This document shows, piece after piece, positions 36,875 through 47,179 of a DNA stretch of 64,000 bases. Position 1 is the first letter of the stretch. Every line of letters starts with the position of its first letter. This DNA comes from Nannocystis bainbridge. GTDB lineage: Bacteria; Myxococcota_A; Polyangia; Nannocystales; Nannocystaceae. Location: NCBI RefSeq assembly GCF_028368995.1, contig NZ_JAQNDL010000003.1, positions 2,880,001 to 2,944,000 on the forward strand, read 5' to 3'. The position numbers and the translations under genes were made by a program. Below the pieces are notes generated by a model. It did no database searches. It was given only the letters and a program-made list of their open reading frames with translations, and was not told where the DNA came from.

Positions 36875-36972
36875 CCCGTGATGAGACGCCGGAACGCCGC
36901 TCGTGGCAAGCGCGCGCTGGACCGATCCGTCGCTCGCGGGCGCGCGCGACCGCCTCCGCGCCCGGGACCTCG

Positions 36973-37641
36973 CTATTTGCGACGGCCCCGGCTCGCCCGC
37001 GCCGGCTCGGCCTTCGCGCTCGAATGACCGGCCACGCGCAGCCCCAGGTGCATCGCCAGCAGCACCGCCGACTCGACCGGCACGAGCGCCTCGCGGGCCT
37101 CGTTCGCGGTCGGGTCGATGAACACCCCGGTCGCCGCCGAGAAGTCGGCCTTGCGCAGCTTGCACCCGCGGAACACGCTGCCGGCCAGCGAGCTGCCGCG
37201 AAAGTCGGCCTCGCCGAGGTCGACCTCGAAGAAGTTGGCCTCGCTGATCGTGCAATCGACGAACTGCGTCCGACACAGGCTCAGGCGCAGGAACGACGCG
37301 AACTGCAGCGTGCACTCGTGGAACGCCAGGCTGGCGAACCGCCCGAGCTCCGTCCATTCGACGCCCATCAGCTTGCACTCGCGGAACTGCAGCTTGCCCG
37401 CGACCATCCCGGCCGGTCGCGCCTGCGTCAGGTCGCAGCGCTCGAACACGCAGTCCTCGAGCCGACAGCCGCGCCAGCGGGTCTCCTGCGCCTTGCAGCC
37501 GACGAAGGTGCAGCCCGCGAACTCCTTGCCCGCGAGCTCGGCCTCTTGCATCTCGAGCCCGGTGAACGTCCGGTCCTCGAACGAGCTCCCGCGGAGCAGG
37601 CTCTCGAGGTCGGACCCTTCGTCGTCGTCCGCGCGCGCCAT
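36973..37641 (-). CDS. Pentapeptide repeat protein
   Basis: Regular (S/C/A)xFxx five-residue periodicity (FAGCTFVGC…ANFFEVDLGEADFRGSSL). Confidence 0.88.
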   Translation of the reverse strand: MARADDDEGSDLESLLRGSSFEDRTFTGLEMQEAELAGKEFAGCTFVGCKAQETRWRGCRLEDCVFERCDLTQARPAGMVAGKLQFRECKLMGVEWTELGRFASLAFHECTLQFASFLRLSLCRTQFVDCTISEANFFEVDLGEADFRGSSLAGSVFRGCKLRKADFSAATGVFIDPTANEAREALVPVESAVLLAMHLGLRVAGHSSAKAEPARASRGRRK

Positions 37642-37862
37642 GAGCCGGCACGCTCGCACCGACCTGCCGCCGCGGTCAAACGCGGCCCCTCACTCCGCGC
37701 CGTCCCCGTGACGACTTGCGAAACTCCGTCGCCTCGTGACCACGCCGCGATCATGAACATCAAACGTCCTCGAATCATACAAGGCATCGAACACCCCATG
37801 AGCCCATCCCCCCGCGTCCCGCCCCACTGGCGCCGCGCGCGGGCCTGCGTTAGCCTCCGATC

Positions 37863-38342
37863 GTGCCGCACCCACCCGCGCTGTTCGCCTTCGAGGGCGA
37901 CTTCCAGACCGACCTCCGCTGCATCCCGATGGCCGTGCGGCACCACCTCGACCTGTGCGGGATCAAGCTGTCGCTCAAGGAGTGGGTCAAGCTCGGCCCC
38001 GAGCAACGCAGCGCCGTCGTCGCCCTGCTCGACGGCTCCGACCCCGACAGCGCCGAGGCCGTGCGCCGGTTCGACGCCGCCGTCGTCGCCATGGTCGAGG
38101 CGCGCATGGGCGAGCCGCCGGCGCGCCTGCCCGTCGACCCCGCGCCGGCGTGGGCCGATGTCGCCCGCGTCCCCGACGAGGTCGCTGCCAAGGCGGCCGC
38201 CGAGGGCGTGGCCGTGACGCCGCCGCAGTGGGCGGCGCTGGCCCCGCTGCAGCGCTTCGCGCTCTACAAGCTCAGCCGCTCGAGCCACAAGAACGAGAAC
38301 TTCGTGCCCGCGTGCCGCGAGTTCGGCATCCCCGCCCCGTGA
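37863..38342 (+). CDS. Nitrate reductase-associated (NarM-like) protein
   Basis: FEGDF…LRCIPMAVR..LDLCGIKL.L..W…W..L.PLQRFALYKLSR..H.N.NF..A..EFG signature. Confidence 0.8.
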   Translation: MPHPPALFAFEGDFQTDLRCIPMAVRHHLDLCGIKLSLKEWVKLGPEQRSAVVALLDGSDPDSAEAVRRFDAAVVAMVEARMGEPPARLPVDPAPAWADVARVPDEVAAKAAAEGVAVTPPQWAALAPLQRFALYKLSRSSHKNENFVPACREFGIPAP

Positions 38343-39160
38343 CCACGCCCGACCCGCGCACGCGCCCGGCGGCCGCGGTGCTCTACCGCGGCGACGAGGT
38401 CAGCGCGCGCCGCGACCTACTCGCCGTCGAGGACCCGCTGGAGATCCGCGTCGTCACCGCCGACGACCCCGAGCCGCGCCGCCTGGCGATGACGATGCGC
38501 ACGCCGGGCGACGACGCCGACCTCGCCGCCGGCTTCCTCTTCACCGAGGGCATCGTCCGCGCGCGCGAGCAGATCGCCGACATCACCTGCTCCGAAGACC
38601 ATGTGCGCGTCGACCTCGCCGCCGGCGTGCGCCTGCCCACGTCTGTCCCAAAGCGCAGCTTCGTCATGACCTCGGCCTGCGGGGTGTGCGGCCGCGAGTC
38701 GCTCGACGACCTGCGCGCGCGGCCGCCGGCGCCGCTGACCCCGGGCTCGCCCCAACTGGCCGCGAAGGTCGTGCCCGGCCTGCCGGCGGCGCTGCTGCGG
38801 GCCCAGGCGACCTTCGCCGCGACCGGAGGGATCCACGCAGCCGGGCTGTTCGACCTGCGCGGTGAGCTTCGTCTCCTGCGTGAGGATGTCGGCCGTCACA
38901 ACGCGGTCGACAAGCTCGTCGGCGCCCTCCTGCGCGCCGGCCAATTGCCCGCGGTCGACGCCGTCCTGCTGGTCAGCGCGCGCGCCAGCTTCGAGCTGGT
39001 CCAGAAGGCCCTCATGGCTCAGATCGCCATCTTCGCGGCCGTCGGCGCGCCCTCGAGCCTGGCCGTCGACCTCGCCGTCGAGGCCGACATGACCTTGCTG
39101 GGCTTCGTGCGCGAAGGTCGCTTCACGGTGTACAGCGGCGGCCTGCGGATCTCGCACTGA
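38339..39160 (+). CDS. fdhD: Formate dehydrogenase accessory sulfurtransferase FdhD (FdsC)
   Basis: MRTPGDD..LAAGFL.TEG, SACGVCG, TGGIHAA, EDVGRHNAVDKL, RASFELVQKA; GTGA overlap with the upstream gene. Confidence 0.95.
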   Translation: MTTPDPRTRPAAAVLYRGDEVSARRDLLAVEDPLEIRVVTADDPEPRRLAMTMRTPGDDADLAAGFLFTEGIVRAREQIADITCSEDHVRVDLAAGVRLPTSVPKRSFVMTSACGVCGRESLDDLRARPPAPLTPGSPQLAAKVVPGLPAALLRAQATFAATGGIHAAGLFDLRGELRLLREDVGRHNAVDKLVGALLRAGQLPAVDAVLLVSARASFELVQKALMAQIAIFAAVGAPSSLAVDLAVEADMTLLGFVREGRFTVYSGGLRISH

Positions 39161-39222
39161 ACCGCCGCCGCCGATCACTTCCGCGTTTGGGACCGGGCCC
39201 GGAACTCGGTAGATTCGCTGGT

Positions 39223-39696
39223 ATGAGCTCCGACGCGATCGACCAGGCGCTGGCCCAGAGCGGGCACCTGCCTGGCGGTTTGTTGCAGGTCCTGCACGGC
39301 ATCGCCGACCGCCTCGGCCACGTCCCGCCCGAGGCGATCGGCCGCGTCGCCGCCGCGCTCAACCTCTCGCGCGCCGAGGTCCATGGGGTCGTCAGCTTCT
39401 ATCACGACTTCCGCAGCGAGCCGCCCGGCCGCCACGTGCTCAAGCTGTGCCGCGCCGAGGCGTGCCAGGCGATGGGCAGCGAGGCCCTCGCGGGCGCGCT
39501 CGAGCGCCGCCTCGGCTGCAAGTTCGGCGACACCTCGGCGGACGGCGCGGTGACCCTCGAGCCCGTATACTGCCTCGGCAACTGTGCCGCGGCGCCGTCG
39601 CTCCTGCTCGACGGGCAGCTGCGCGGCCGCCTCACCGGCGAGCGCCTCGACCGCCTGGTCGATTCGCTCGTCACCCCCGCGGAGGAGCGCGCATGA
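39223..39696 (+). CDS. fdsG: NAD-dependent formate dehydrogenase gamma subunit (NuoE-like)
   Basis: LNLSRAEVHGVVSFYHDF…CRAEACQAMG…VYCLGNC. Confidence 0.92.
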   Translation: MSSDAIDQALAQSGHLPGGLLQVLHGIADRLGHVPPEAIGRVAAALNLSRAEVHGVVSFYHDFRSEPPGRHVLKLCRAEACQAMGSEALAGALERRLGCKFGDTSADGAVTLEPVYCLGNCAAAPSLLLDGQLRGRLTGERLDRLVDSLVTPAEERA

Positions 39697-41228
39697 CCCA
39701 CATCGTCTACGTCCCGATCGACGCCACCGCGCGATCCGTCGGCGCCGATGAAGTCGCGGCGGCGATCGCCCGCGAGGCCGCGGCCCGCGGCGAGCCGGTC
39801 AAGATCGTCCGCAACGGCACGCGCGGAATGTGCTGGCTCGAGCCGCTGGTCGAGGTCGTCACCCCCGCCGGCCGCGTCGCCTACGGCCCGGTCGAGGTCA
39901 CCGACGTCGCCTCGCTGTTCGCCGCCGACTTCCTGCGCGGCGGCGATCACCCGCTGGCCCACGGCCGCACCGACGACATCACCTGGCTCAAGAGCCAGGA
40001 GCGACTCACCTTCGCCCGCGTCGGCCTCACCGACCCGCTCGACCTCGCCGACTACCAGGCCCACGGCGGCCTGCGCGGCCTGCGAGCCGCCCTGTCCCTG
40101 GGGACAGGTGGCGACATCATCGAGGAGGTCGTGAAGAGCGGCCTGCGCGGTCGCGGCGGCGCCGCCTTCCCGGCCGGCATCAAGTGGCGCACCGTCGCCG
40201 GCGCCGTCGCCGATCGCAAGTACATCTGCTGCAACGCCGACGAGGGCGACAGCGGCACCTTCAGCGACCGCATGGTGATGGAGGGCGACCCGTACGTCCT
40301 GCTCGAGGGCATGGCGATCGCCGGCCTCGCCGTCGGCGCCGAGTACGGCTACATCTACCTCCGCTCCGAGTACCCCGACGCCGAGCGCGCCTTGCAGGCC
40401 GCGATCGCCTGCGCGCGCGCGGCCGGCTGGCTCGGGCGCGACATCCTCGGCAGCGGCCGCAGCTTCGACATCGAGCTGCGCCGCGGCGCCGGCGCGTACA
40501 TCTGCGGCGAAGAGACCGCCATGCTCGAGAGCCTCGAGGGCAAGCGCGGCATGGTCCGGCCCAAGCCGCCGCTGCCGGCGATCTCCGGCCTGTTCGGCAG
40601 GCCCACCGTCATCAACAACGTCATCACCCTCGCCAGCGTCCCGATCATCCTCGACCGCGGCGCGCAGTACTACGCCGACTACGGCATGGGTCGCTCGCGC
40701 GGCACCTTGCCGTTTCAGCTCGCCGGCAACATCAAGCGCGGCGGCCTGGTCGAGAAGGCCTTCGGCCTCACCCTGCGCGAGCTCGTGCACGACTACGGCG
40801 GCGGCACGGCCAGCGGTCGGCCCGTGCGCGCCGTCCAGGTCGGCGGCCCGCTCGGCCCTTACTTGCCCGAGTCCAAGTTCGACATCCCGCTCGACTACGA
40901 GGTCTTCGCCGCTGCCGGCGGCATGATCGGCCACGGCGGCCTCGTCGTCTTCGACGACACCGTCGACATGGCCCTCATGGCTCGTTATGCCATGGAGTTC
41001 TGCGCCATCGAGTCGTGCGGCAAGTGCACCCCGTGCCGGATCGGCAGCACCCGCGGCGTCGAGGTCATCGACCGCATCCGCAACAACGAGCGGCGCGGCC
41101 CCAACCTCGTCCTCTTGCGCGATCTCTGCGACACCATGACCCACGGCTCCCTGTGTGCCATGGGCGGCCTCACCCCCGCTCCCGTGCTCAGCGCGCTCGA
41201 GCACTTCCCCGAGGACTTCCAGCGCTGA
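39693..41228 (+). CDS. fdsB: NAD-dependent formate dehydrogenase beta subunit (NuoF-like)
   Basis: GLRGRGGAAFP, NADEGDSGTF, GAGAYICGEE, ESCGKCTPCRIG. Confidence 0.95.
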   Translation: MTHIVYVPIDATARSVGADEVAAAIAREAAARGEPVKIVRNGTRGMCWLEPLVEVVTPAGRVAYGPVEVTDVASLFAADFLRGGDHPLAHGRTDDITWLKSQERLTFARVGLTDPLDLADYQAHGGLRGLRAALSLGTGGDIIEEVVKSGLRGRGGAAFPAGIKWRTVAGAVADRKYICCNADEGDSGTFSDRMVMEGDPYVLLEGMAIAGLAVGAEYGYIYLRSEYPDAERALQAAIACARAAGWLGRDILGSGRSFDIELRRGAGAYICGEETAMLESLEGKRGMVRPKPPLPAISGLFGRPTVINNVITLASVPIILDRGAQYYADYGMGRSRGTLPFQLAGNIKRGGLVEKAFGLTLRELVHDYGGGTASGRPVRAVQVGGPLGPYLPESKFDIPLDYEVFAAAGGMIGHGGLVVFDDTVDMALMARYAMEFCAIESCGKCTPCRIGSTRGVEVIDRIRNNERRGPNLVLLRDLCDTMTHGSLCAMGGLTPAPVLSALEHFPEDFQR

Positions 41229-41249
41229 CGCGCGCAGGAGGAATCAGCC

Positions 41250-44102
41250 ATGTACTCCGTCAAAGAGCCCGATCCCGGCACCCCCGAGCGGAAGAGCAGC
41301 GAGCAGGTCACCCTCGAGATCGACGGCCGCGCCGTCACCGTGCCCGCCGGCACCTCGGTGATGCGGGCCGCCTCCGACGCTGGCGTGCGCGTGCCCAAGC
41401 TGTGCGCCACCGACTCGCTCGAGGCGTTCGGCTCGTGTCGCCTGTGCCTGGTCCAGATCGAGGGTCGTCGCGGCTACCCGGCCTCGTGCACCACGATCGT
41501 CGAGCCCGGCATGAAGGTGCGCACCCAGTCCGACCCGCTGGCCAAGCTGCGGCGCGGCGTCATGGAGATGTACATCTCCGATCACCCGCTCGATTGCCTC
41601 ACCTGTCCCACCAACGGCAATTGTGAATTGCAGGAGCAGGCCGGCGTCGTCGGTCTGCGCGAGGTCCGGTACGGCTTCGACGGCGCCAACCACTTCAAGC
41701 AGGCCGAGAAGGACACCTCCAACCCTTACTTCGACTTCGACCCTGCCAAGTGCATCGCCTGCTCGCGCTGCGTCCGCGCCTGCGAAGAGGTCCAGGGCAC
41801 CTTCGCGCTGACCCTCCACGGTCGCGGCTTCGAGTCGAAGATCGCCAGCGGCAACACCGACTTCCGCAGCAGCGAGTGCGTCTCCTGCGGCGCCTGCGTC
41901 CAGGCCTGCCCGACCGCCACCCTCGTCGAAAAATCGATCGTCGAGCGCGGCCAGCCCGATCACAGCGTCGTCACCACCTGCGCCTATTGTGGCGTCGGTT
42001 GCTCCTTCCGCGCCGAGGTCAAGGGCAGCGAGGTCGTGCGCATGGTCCCCGACAAGGACGGCCGCGCCAACCACGGCCACTCTTGCGTCAAGGGTCGATT
42101 CGCCTGGGGCTACGCCACCCACAAGGATCGAATCACCAAGCCCATGATCCGCGCCTCGATCCGCGACCCGTGGCGCGAGGTCTCCTGGGACGAGGCGATC
42201 GCCCACGCTGCCAGCGAGTTCAAGCGCATTCAGGCCAAATACGGCCGCGGCGCCGTCGGCGGCATCACCTCCTCGCGCTGCACCAACGAGGAGACCTACC
42301 TCGTACAAAAGCTCGTGCGCGCCGCCTTCGGCAACAACAACGTCGACACCTGCGCCCGCGTCTGCCACTCGCCCACCGGTTACGGCCTCAAGACCACCCT
42401 CGGCGAGTCGGCCGGCACCCAGGACTTCGACTCTGTCGAATACGCCGACGTCATCGTCGTCATCGGCGCCAACCCGACCGACGCTCACCCCGTGTTCGGC
42501 TCGCAGATGAAGCGACGTCTGCGCGCCGGCGCCCGGCTCATCGTCATCGACCCGCGCGGCATCGACCTCGTGCGCTCCGCCCACGTCGAGGCCGCGCATC
42601 ACCTGCAGCTGCGCCCTGGCACCAACGTCGCCGTCGTCAACGCCCTCGCCCACGTCATCGTCACCGAGGGCCTGCACGCCGAATCGTTCGTGAAAGACCG
42701 CTGCGAGCAGCCCGCCTTCGACAAGTGGAAGGCCTTCATCAGCGACCCGCGGCACGCCCCCGAGGTCACCGAGGAGGTCACCGGCGTGCCCGCGGCCGAG
42801 CTCCGCGCCGCTGCGCGGCTCTACGCCACTGGCGGCAACGCGGCCATCTATTACGGCCTCGGCGTCACCGAGCACAGCCAGGGCTCGACCATGGTCATGG
42901 GCATCGCCAACCTCGCCATGCTCACCGGCAACATCGGCCGGCCCGGCGTCGGCGTCAACCCGCTGCGCGGCCAGAACAACGTGCAAGGCAGCTGCGACAT
43001 GGGCAGCTTCCCCCACGAGCTGCCCGGCTACCGCCACGTCAGCGACCCCGCGGTGCGTGCATTGTTCGCCACCGCCTGGGGCGTCGCCATCGACGCCGAG
43101 CCTGGCCTGCGGATCCCCAACATGTTCGACGCCGCCATCGACGGCTCGTTCCGGGGCCTCTACGTCCAGGGCGAGGACATCGCCCAGTCCGACCCCAACA
43201 CCCAGCACGTCACCGCCGCCCTCGAAGCGCTCGAGTGCCTCGTCGTCCAGGACCTCTTCATCAACGAGACCGCCAAGTTCGCCCACGTGTTCTTGCCCGG
43301 CTCCTCGTTCCTCGAGAAGGACGGCACCTTCACCAACGCCGAGCGACGGATCTCCCGCGTCCGCAAGGTCACCCCCCCGCTGGCCGGCAAGGCCGACTGG
43401 GAGACCACCCTCGCGCTCGCCGAGGCGCTCGGCTACCCCATGCATTACGACCACCCGTCGCAGATCATGGACGAGATCGCCCGGCTCACGCCCACCTTCA
43501 CCGGCGTCAGCTACGCCCGGCTCGACCAGCTCGGCAGCATTCAGTGGCCGTGCAACGAAACGGCCCCGACCGGCACCCCCGTCATGCACATCGACGGCTT
43601 CGTGCGCGGCAAGGGCAAGTTCGTCATCACCGAGTACGTCGCCACCCAGGAGCGCGTCACCCGGAGGTTCCCGCTGATCCTCACCACCGGGCGGATCCTC
43701 AGCCAATACAACGTCGGTGCCCAGACCCGGCGCACTGCCAACAATACCTGGCACCACGAGGACCGCCTCGAGATCCACCCCCACGACGCCGAGCATCGCG
43801 GCGTCAAGGATGGCGATTGGTGCAAGATCGTCAGCCGCGCCGGTGAGACCGTCCTGCGCGCCAGCATCAGCGAGCGCATGCAGCCCGGCGTCGTCTACAC
43901 CACCTTCCACTTCCCCGGCTCCGGCGCCAACGTCATCACCACCGAGAACTCCGACTGGGCCACCAACTGCCCCGAGTACAAGGTCACAGCCGTCCAGGTC
44001 AGCCCGACCGGCGAGCCCACCTCGACCTGGCAGCGCCGCTTCGGCGAGTTCAGCGAGCAGCAGGACGCCCTCCTGCCGCAGACCGACCCCCCACCGCGCT
44101 GA
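41250..44102 (+). CDS. fdsA: NAD-dependent formate dehydrogenase alpha subunit (Mo-bisPGD, Cys ligand)
   Basis: N-terminal Fe-S motifs, CAYCGVGC, DTCARVCH active-site motif, LRGQNNVQG, CPEYK. Confidence 0.96.
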   Translation: MYSVKEPDPGTPERKSSEQVTLEIDGRAVTVPAGTSVMRAASDAGVRVPKLCATDSLEAFGSCRLCLVQIEGRRGYPASCTTIVEPGMKVRTQSDPLAKLRRGVMEMYISDHPLDCLTCPTNGNCELQEQAGVVGLREVRYGFDGANHFKQAEKDTSNPYFDFDPAKCIACSRCVRACEEVQGTFALTLHGRGFESKIASGNTDFRSSECVSCGACVQACPTATLVEKSIVERGQPDHSVVTTCAYCGVGCSFRAEVKGSEVVRMVPDKDGRANHGHSCVKGRFAWGYATHKDRITKPMIRASIRDPWREVSWDEAIAHAASEFKRIQAKYGRGAVGGITSSRCTNEETYLVQKLVRAAFGNNNVDTCARVCHSPTGYGLKTTLGESAGTQDFDSVEYADVIVVIGANPTDAHPVFGSQMKRRLRAGARLIVIDPRGIDLVRSAHVEAAHHLQLRPGTNVAVVNALAHVIVTEGLHAESFVKDRCEQPAFDKWKAFISDPRHAPEVTEEVTGVPAAELRAAARLYATGGNAAIYYGLGVTEHSQGSTMVMGIANLAMLTGNIGRPGVGVNPLRGQNNVQGSCDMGSFPHELPGYRHVSDPAVRALFATAWGVAIDAEPGLRIPNMFDAAIDGSFRGLYVQGEDIAQSDPNTQHVTAALEALECLVVQDLFINETAKFAHVFLPGSSFLEKDGTFTNAERRISRVRKVTPPLAGKADWETTLALAEALGYPMHYDHPSQIMDEIARLTPTFTGVSYARLDQLGSIQWPCNETAPTGTPVMHIDGFVRGKGKFVITEYVATQERVTRRFPLILTTGRILSQYNVGAQTRRTANNTWHHEDRLEIHPHDAEHRGVKDGDWCKIVSRAGETVLRASISERMQPGVVYTTFHFPGSGANVITTENSDWATNCPEYKVTAVQVSPTGEPTSTWQRRFGEFSEQQDALLPQTDPPPR

Positions 44103-44113
44103 CGGAGGCGATC

Positions 44114-44344
44114 ATGGAAGCCCACAAGCTGGTCAAGATGGCCAACGAGATCGCCACGTTCTTCGAGTCCGACCCGGACCCCGCCGCCGTCCACGAAGGC
44201 ATCGCCGGCCACATCCGCCGCTTCTGGGACCCCCGCATGCGCCGCGCCCTGCTCTCGCACATCGACGAGCAGCAGGGCGACGGCTGCAAACCCTCGGTGC
44301 TCGCCGCGATCGCAGCCAACCGCGACAACCTCACGCCGGCGTAG
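44114..44344 (+). CDS. fdsD: Formate dehydrogenase delta subunit
   Basis: KLVKMANEIATFF…GIAGHIRRFWDPRMR; GGAGG RBS. Confidence 0.93.
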   Translation: MEAHKLVKMANEIATFFESDPDPAAVHEGIAGHIRRFWDPRMRRALLSHIDEQQGDGCKPSVLAAIAANRDNLTPA

Positions 44345-44404
44345 CGCTGTCTGTCGATACGTTGAAAATGTGAGCGGGGGCTGAGGCAGCCTCCCGTATC
44401 TGCG

Positions 44405-44962
44405 TCAGCCTGCGCGCGGCGGCTCTTCGTGCTCTCCCGAGCGAATCTCGCCGCGCCCCGCGTTCGCCTCCGCGAGGCTCCGAACCCGTGACCTTCCGTG
44501 TCGAAGCGTGAGGGCGACAAGCGCGAGCCCGCAGACAGCCGTCGCTCCCAGAGCGACTGGGCTGGCCTGCAGGAGCACCAATAGGGTCAGCGCTGCGGAG
44601 ACGACCGCCGCCGTCAGCGCCAGGGCCGGGCCAGCATGGACCCGCCGAGCGACGATCGGCCGCACATCAGCCATCGCCTCAGGAGCGCGCAGCCGCACCT
44701 GCGCGCGCACGTAACGCTCCACCAGCCCCATCGTCAAATAGGGTACGACCAGGCTCATCGTGATCGGGATCCACGCGCCGAGTCGGAGCCACAGTTGAAG
44801 CCCATTGATCAGCAGAAAGAGCGGGACGCTCATCAGCACGAAGGGCATCAGCAGCCGCTGCGTCTCCCAATCGTTCCAGAACCACATCGTCGGCAGGAAC
44901 CCCAGTCTCTGGGGCCTCGCAAGCAGAGAGCGCCTGGCCGGTACCTCGAGTTCACGCGCCAT
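44405..44962 (-). CDS. Hypothetical membrane protein (about 4 TM)
   Basis: Hydrophobic segments downstream of ATG 44962 in ORF 44405-45181. Confidence 0.55.
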   Translation of the reverse strand: MARELEVPARRSLLARPQRLGFLPTMWFWNDWETQRLLMPFVLMSVPLFLLINGLQLWLRLGAWIPITMSLVVPYLTMGLVERYVRAQVRLRAPEAMADVRPIVARRVHAGPALALTAAVVSAALTLLVLLQASPVALGATAVCGLALVALTLRHGRSRVRSLAEANAGRGEIRSGEHEEPPRAG

Positions 44963-45012
44963 GCCGAGCTCTCCGCTCCGGGCAGTCACTGTACCGCAAG
45001 TCATGCCCCGCG

Positions 45013-46095
45013 CTACTTGTGCTCCCCGAGCGCCAGCAGCTCGCGCGCTCGCGGCCGCAGCCCCTGCCACACCGCCCACATCCCCGCCGGGAACAGCCCC
45101 TCCGCCCCCGCAAACACCTCCTGCGACCACTCCACCCAGAAATAACAGCACTCCCCATCCGGCAGCCGCCCCGCCCGACACACCGCCGCCAGCTCCGCGC
45201 AGCGGGCCGCGATATGCTGGCAGGCCAGCTCGGCAGTATCGTCCTCGCCTTCAAACTCGCCAGGCGCCCGCGCAGCGACCGCGTCGAGCTGCGCCAGCAA
45301 CACCTGCCGCTCCTTCGCCGAGCTCGCCCAGTACGCATAAAACGGCAGCCAGCACGGCGTGTTCCACCGCTCCTCGTCGAACACGGCTTCATACGTCGCC
45401 GCGAGCGGCGGCCGCGGCTCCCAGAAGCGATACGCCAGCGCCCCGACCAGCAGCTCCGCGATCGGCCCCGCGACCTCTGGCAAACCCGCCGCGATCCGCC
45501 GCTGCAGCCCCGCCGGCTCGTCCGTGATCGGCTGTCCCAGAGGACATGACCCCATGACCATGCTCCGCACCGCCAGCGCCGCCGGCAGCGGCGCCATCGG
45601 TCGCAGCGCCGGCAGTTCGATCCGCTCGACCAGCCCGCGCGCCCGGCTGTCGCAGAGCAGCACCTCGTTCAGCACCGTCCACCCGTGCCCGATCGCCCGC
45701 AGTTGCGGCGCCCCCTCCGGCCCGAGCCTGCAGGCGATCGTGCGGTGCTTCTCGCGATATACCAGCACCACCGCCCCGTCCCACCAGCGCAGGTGGCCGA
45801 CGTCGCAGCCGAAGTACGGGTTGTACGTATCGACCTTCCACTCGCGGAGTTGCCTCTCACCGCTCCGCATGTGCAAGAAGTAATCGACGTCGACCCAACC
45901 TCCGTCGTCCTCCTCGACCTTCTCGACCCACGCCACCCGCTCGCCCGCGACCGCCCCGCCGACGATCGCGTGCGTGTAGCCGTCCTCCGCCGCCCATTCA
46001 CGCGACCGCCCGAGCCGCGCGCAGACTGCCGCGATCTCCGCCTCCTGCTCTTCGCTCACCTCGTCCCACTCGGGAAACAGCGCGCGGACGTCCAT
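45013..46095 (-). CDS. Hypothetical protein (360 aa)
   Basis: Long GC3-biased ORF with globular composition (DTYNPYFGCDV motif); family not recognised. Confidence 0.7.
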   Translation of the reverse strand: MDVRALFPEWDEVSEEQEAEIAAVCARLGRSREWAAEDGYTHAIVGGAVAGERVAWVEKVEEDDGGWVDVDYFLHMRSGERQLREWKVDTYNPYFGCDVGHLRWWDGAVVLVYREKHRTIACRLGPEGAPQLRAIGHGWTVLNEVLLCDSRARGLVERIELPALRPMAPLPAALAVRSMVMGSCPLGQPITDEPAGLQRRIAAGLPEVAGPIAELLVGALAYRFWEPRPPLAATYEAVFDEERWNTPCWLPFYAYWASSAKERQVLLAQLDAVAARAPGEFEGEDDTAELACQHIAARCAELAAVCRAGRLPDGECCYFWVEWSQEVFAGAEGLFPAGMWAVWQGLRPRARELLALGEHK

Positions 46096-46340
46096 CGCGC
46101 GTCGATGTTACGCGAGCGACGCAGCCTGCGTCTCGCGTGCGCACGCCCCGGAGAGCCGCGCCGAGCCCCACGACGCCGCGCCCCGTCGACACCGCATCCA
46201 TGGCTGCGCGCCTCACTCGGCGGGGTTCCCCTCATCGTGGCCACCAGGGTGCGTCGGACCGCCGCGGCGCCTCCTGGAGACGGCCCGCCCGCTGAACTCT
46301 GTCTCGCCCCGGCCCCGCGAACTTCGCTACCCTTCCGCCC

Positions 46341-46931
46341 ATGCGCCCCGACCCCGACCTCGAGCGCCGGCTCGCGCTCGCCGAGCACATCCAGCAGCAG
46401 ATGTACCCCTCATGGGCTAGCGCGTGGCTCAAGGCGGTCCCTGCGAGCGCCGTGCTCGAGCCGATCCACCGCGAGGCCCTGCTCGAGGCCGGCGCCGATC
46501 TGCAGGCCCGCGTCGCCGCCCGGCACAAGATCGCCCAGACCTTCCTCGAGGATCACTTCAGCCTCTGCACCCCCGAGGACGCCCCGTACTGCACCTTCGT
46601 CGACGGCTCCTGGCGCGCCGTCGACCGCGACGAGGCGATCGCCTGCGCCGATGCCCTGCTCGCCACCGCCCGCAAGCGACTCGCCGAGCTCCAGGCCGAG
46701 GAGGCCGCCGAGCGCGCCGAAGCCGAGGCGGGCGGCTGGCTCGACGACGTCGGCCCGTCCCGCCTGGCCGACCTGATGATCGACCTCGAAGCCCTCCGCC
46801 GGTGGTTCACCGCCGAGCTGTGGGCCGCCGCCGAGCCGACCTGGTTCACCAACACCGGCCCCGGTTTCCGCGGCGAACCAGCCGTCATCGCCCTCGACGA
46901 CGACATCGTCACGATCCTCTGGCTGCCCTGA
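46341..46931 (+). CDS. Hypothetical protein (196 aa)
   Basis: GC3-biased ORF; no recognised motif. Confidence 0.65.
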   Translation: MRPDPDLERRLALAEHIQQQMYPSWASAWLKAVPASAVLEPIHREALLEAGADLQARVAARHKIAQTFLEDHFSLCTPEDAPYCTFVDGSWRAVDRDEAIACADALLATARKRLAELQAEEAAERAEAEAGGWLDDVGPSRLADLMIDLEALRRWFTAELWAAAEPTWFTNTGPGFRGEPAVIALDDDIVTILWLP

Positions 46932-47156
46932 ATCGCCCTGTCCTTGCGAGCATGTCCTCTCAGACATCTCGCGAGTGACAGCGACACTGCCTCGTCCTGT
47001 CCCTGTGAGCATGTCCTCTCGGACATCGCGCGAGTGACAGCGACACTGCATCGTCCTGTCCCTGACAGCATGTCCCCTCGGACATCTCGACGACATCGCC
47101 GAGATCCTCTGGCTGCTCCGAAGCTACCTGTCCCTGCGAGCATGTCCTCTCGGACA
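46899..47156. repeat. Intergenic tandem repeat (three ~59-bp units + partial fourth) built from TGTCC-N4-GGACA units
   Basis: TGTCC…GAGCATGTCC.CTC(A/G)GACA-type units at 46939, 46998, 47057 and 47129; includes a re-copied 3' end of the upstream gene (GACGACATCG…ATCCTCTGGCTGC). Confidence 0.9.
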
Positions 47157-47179
47157 CCTCGCCGACCTTCCCCCCGTAC

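Noticed and set aside
46899-47156. Possible CRISPR array
   Set aside because: The units repeat in full with no unique spacers, and no cas genes are in the window.
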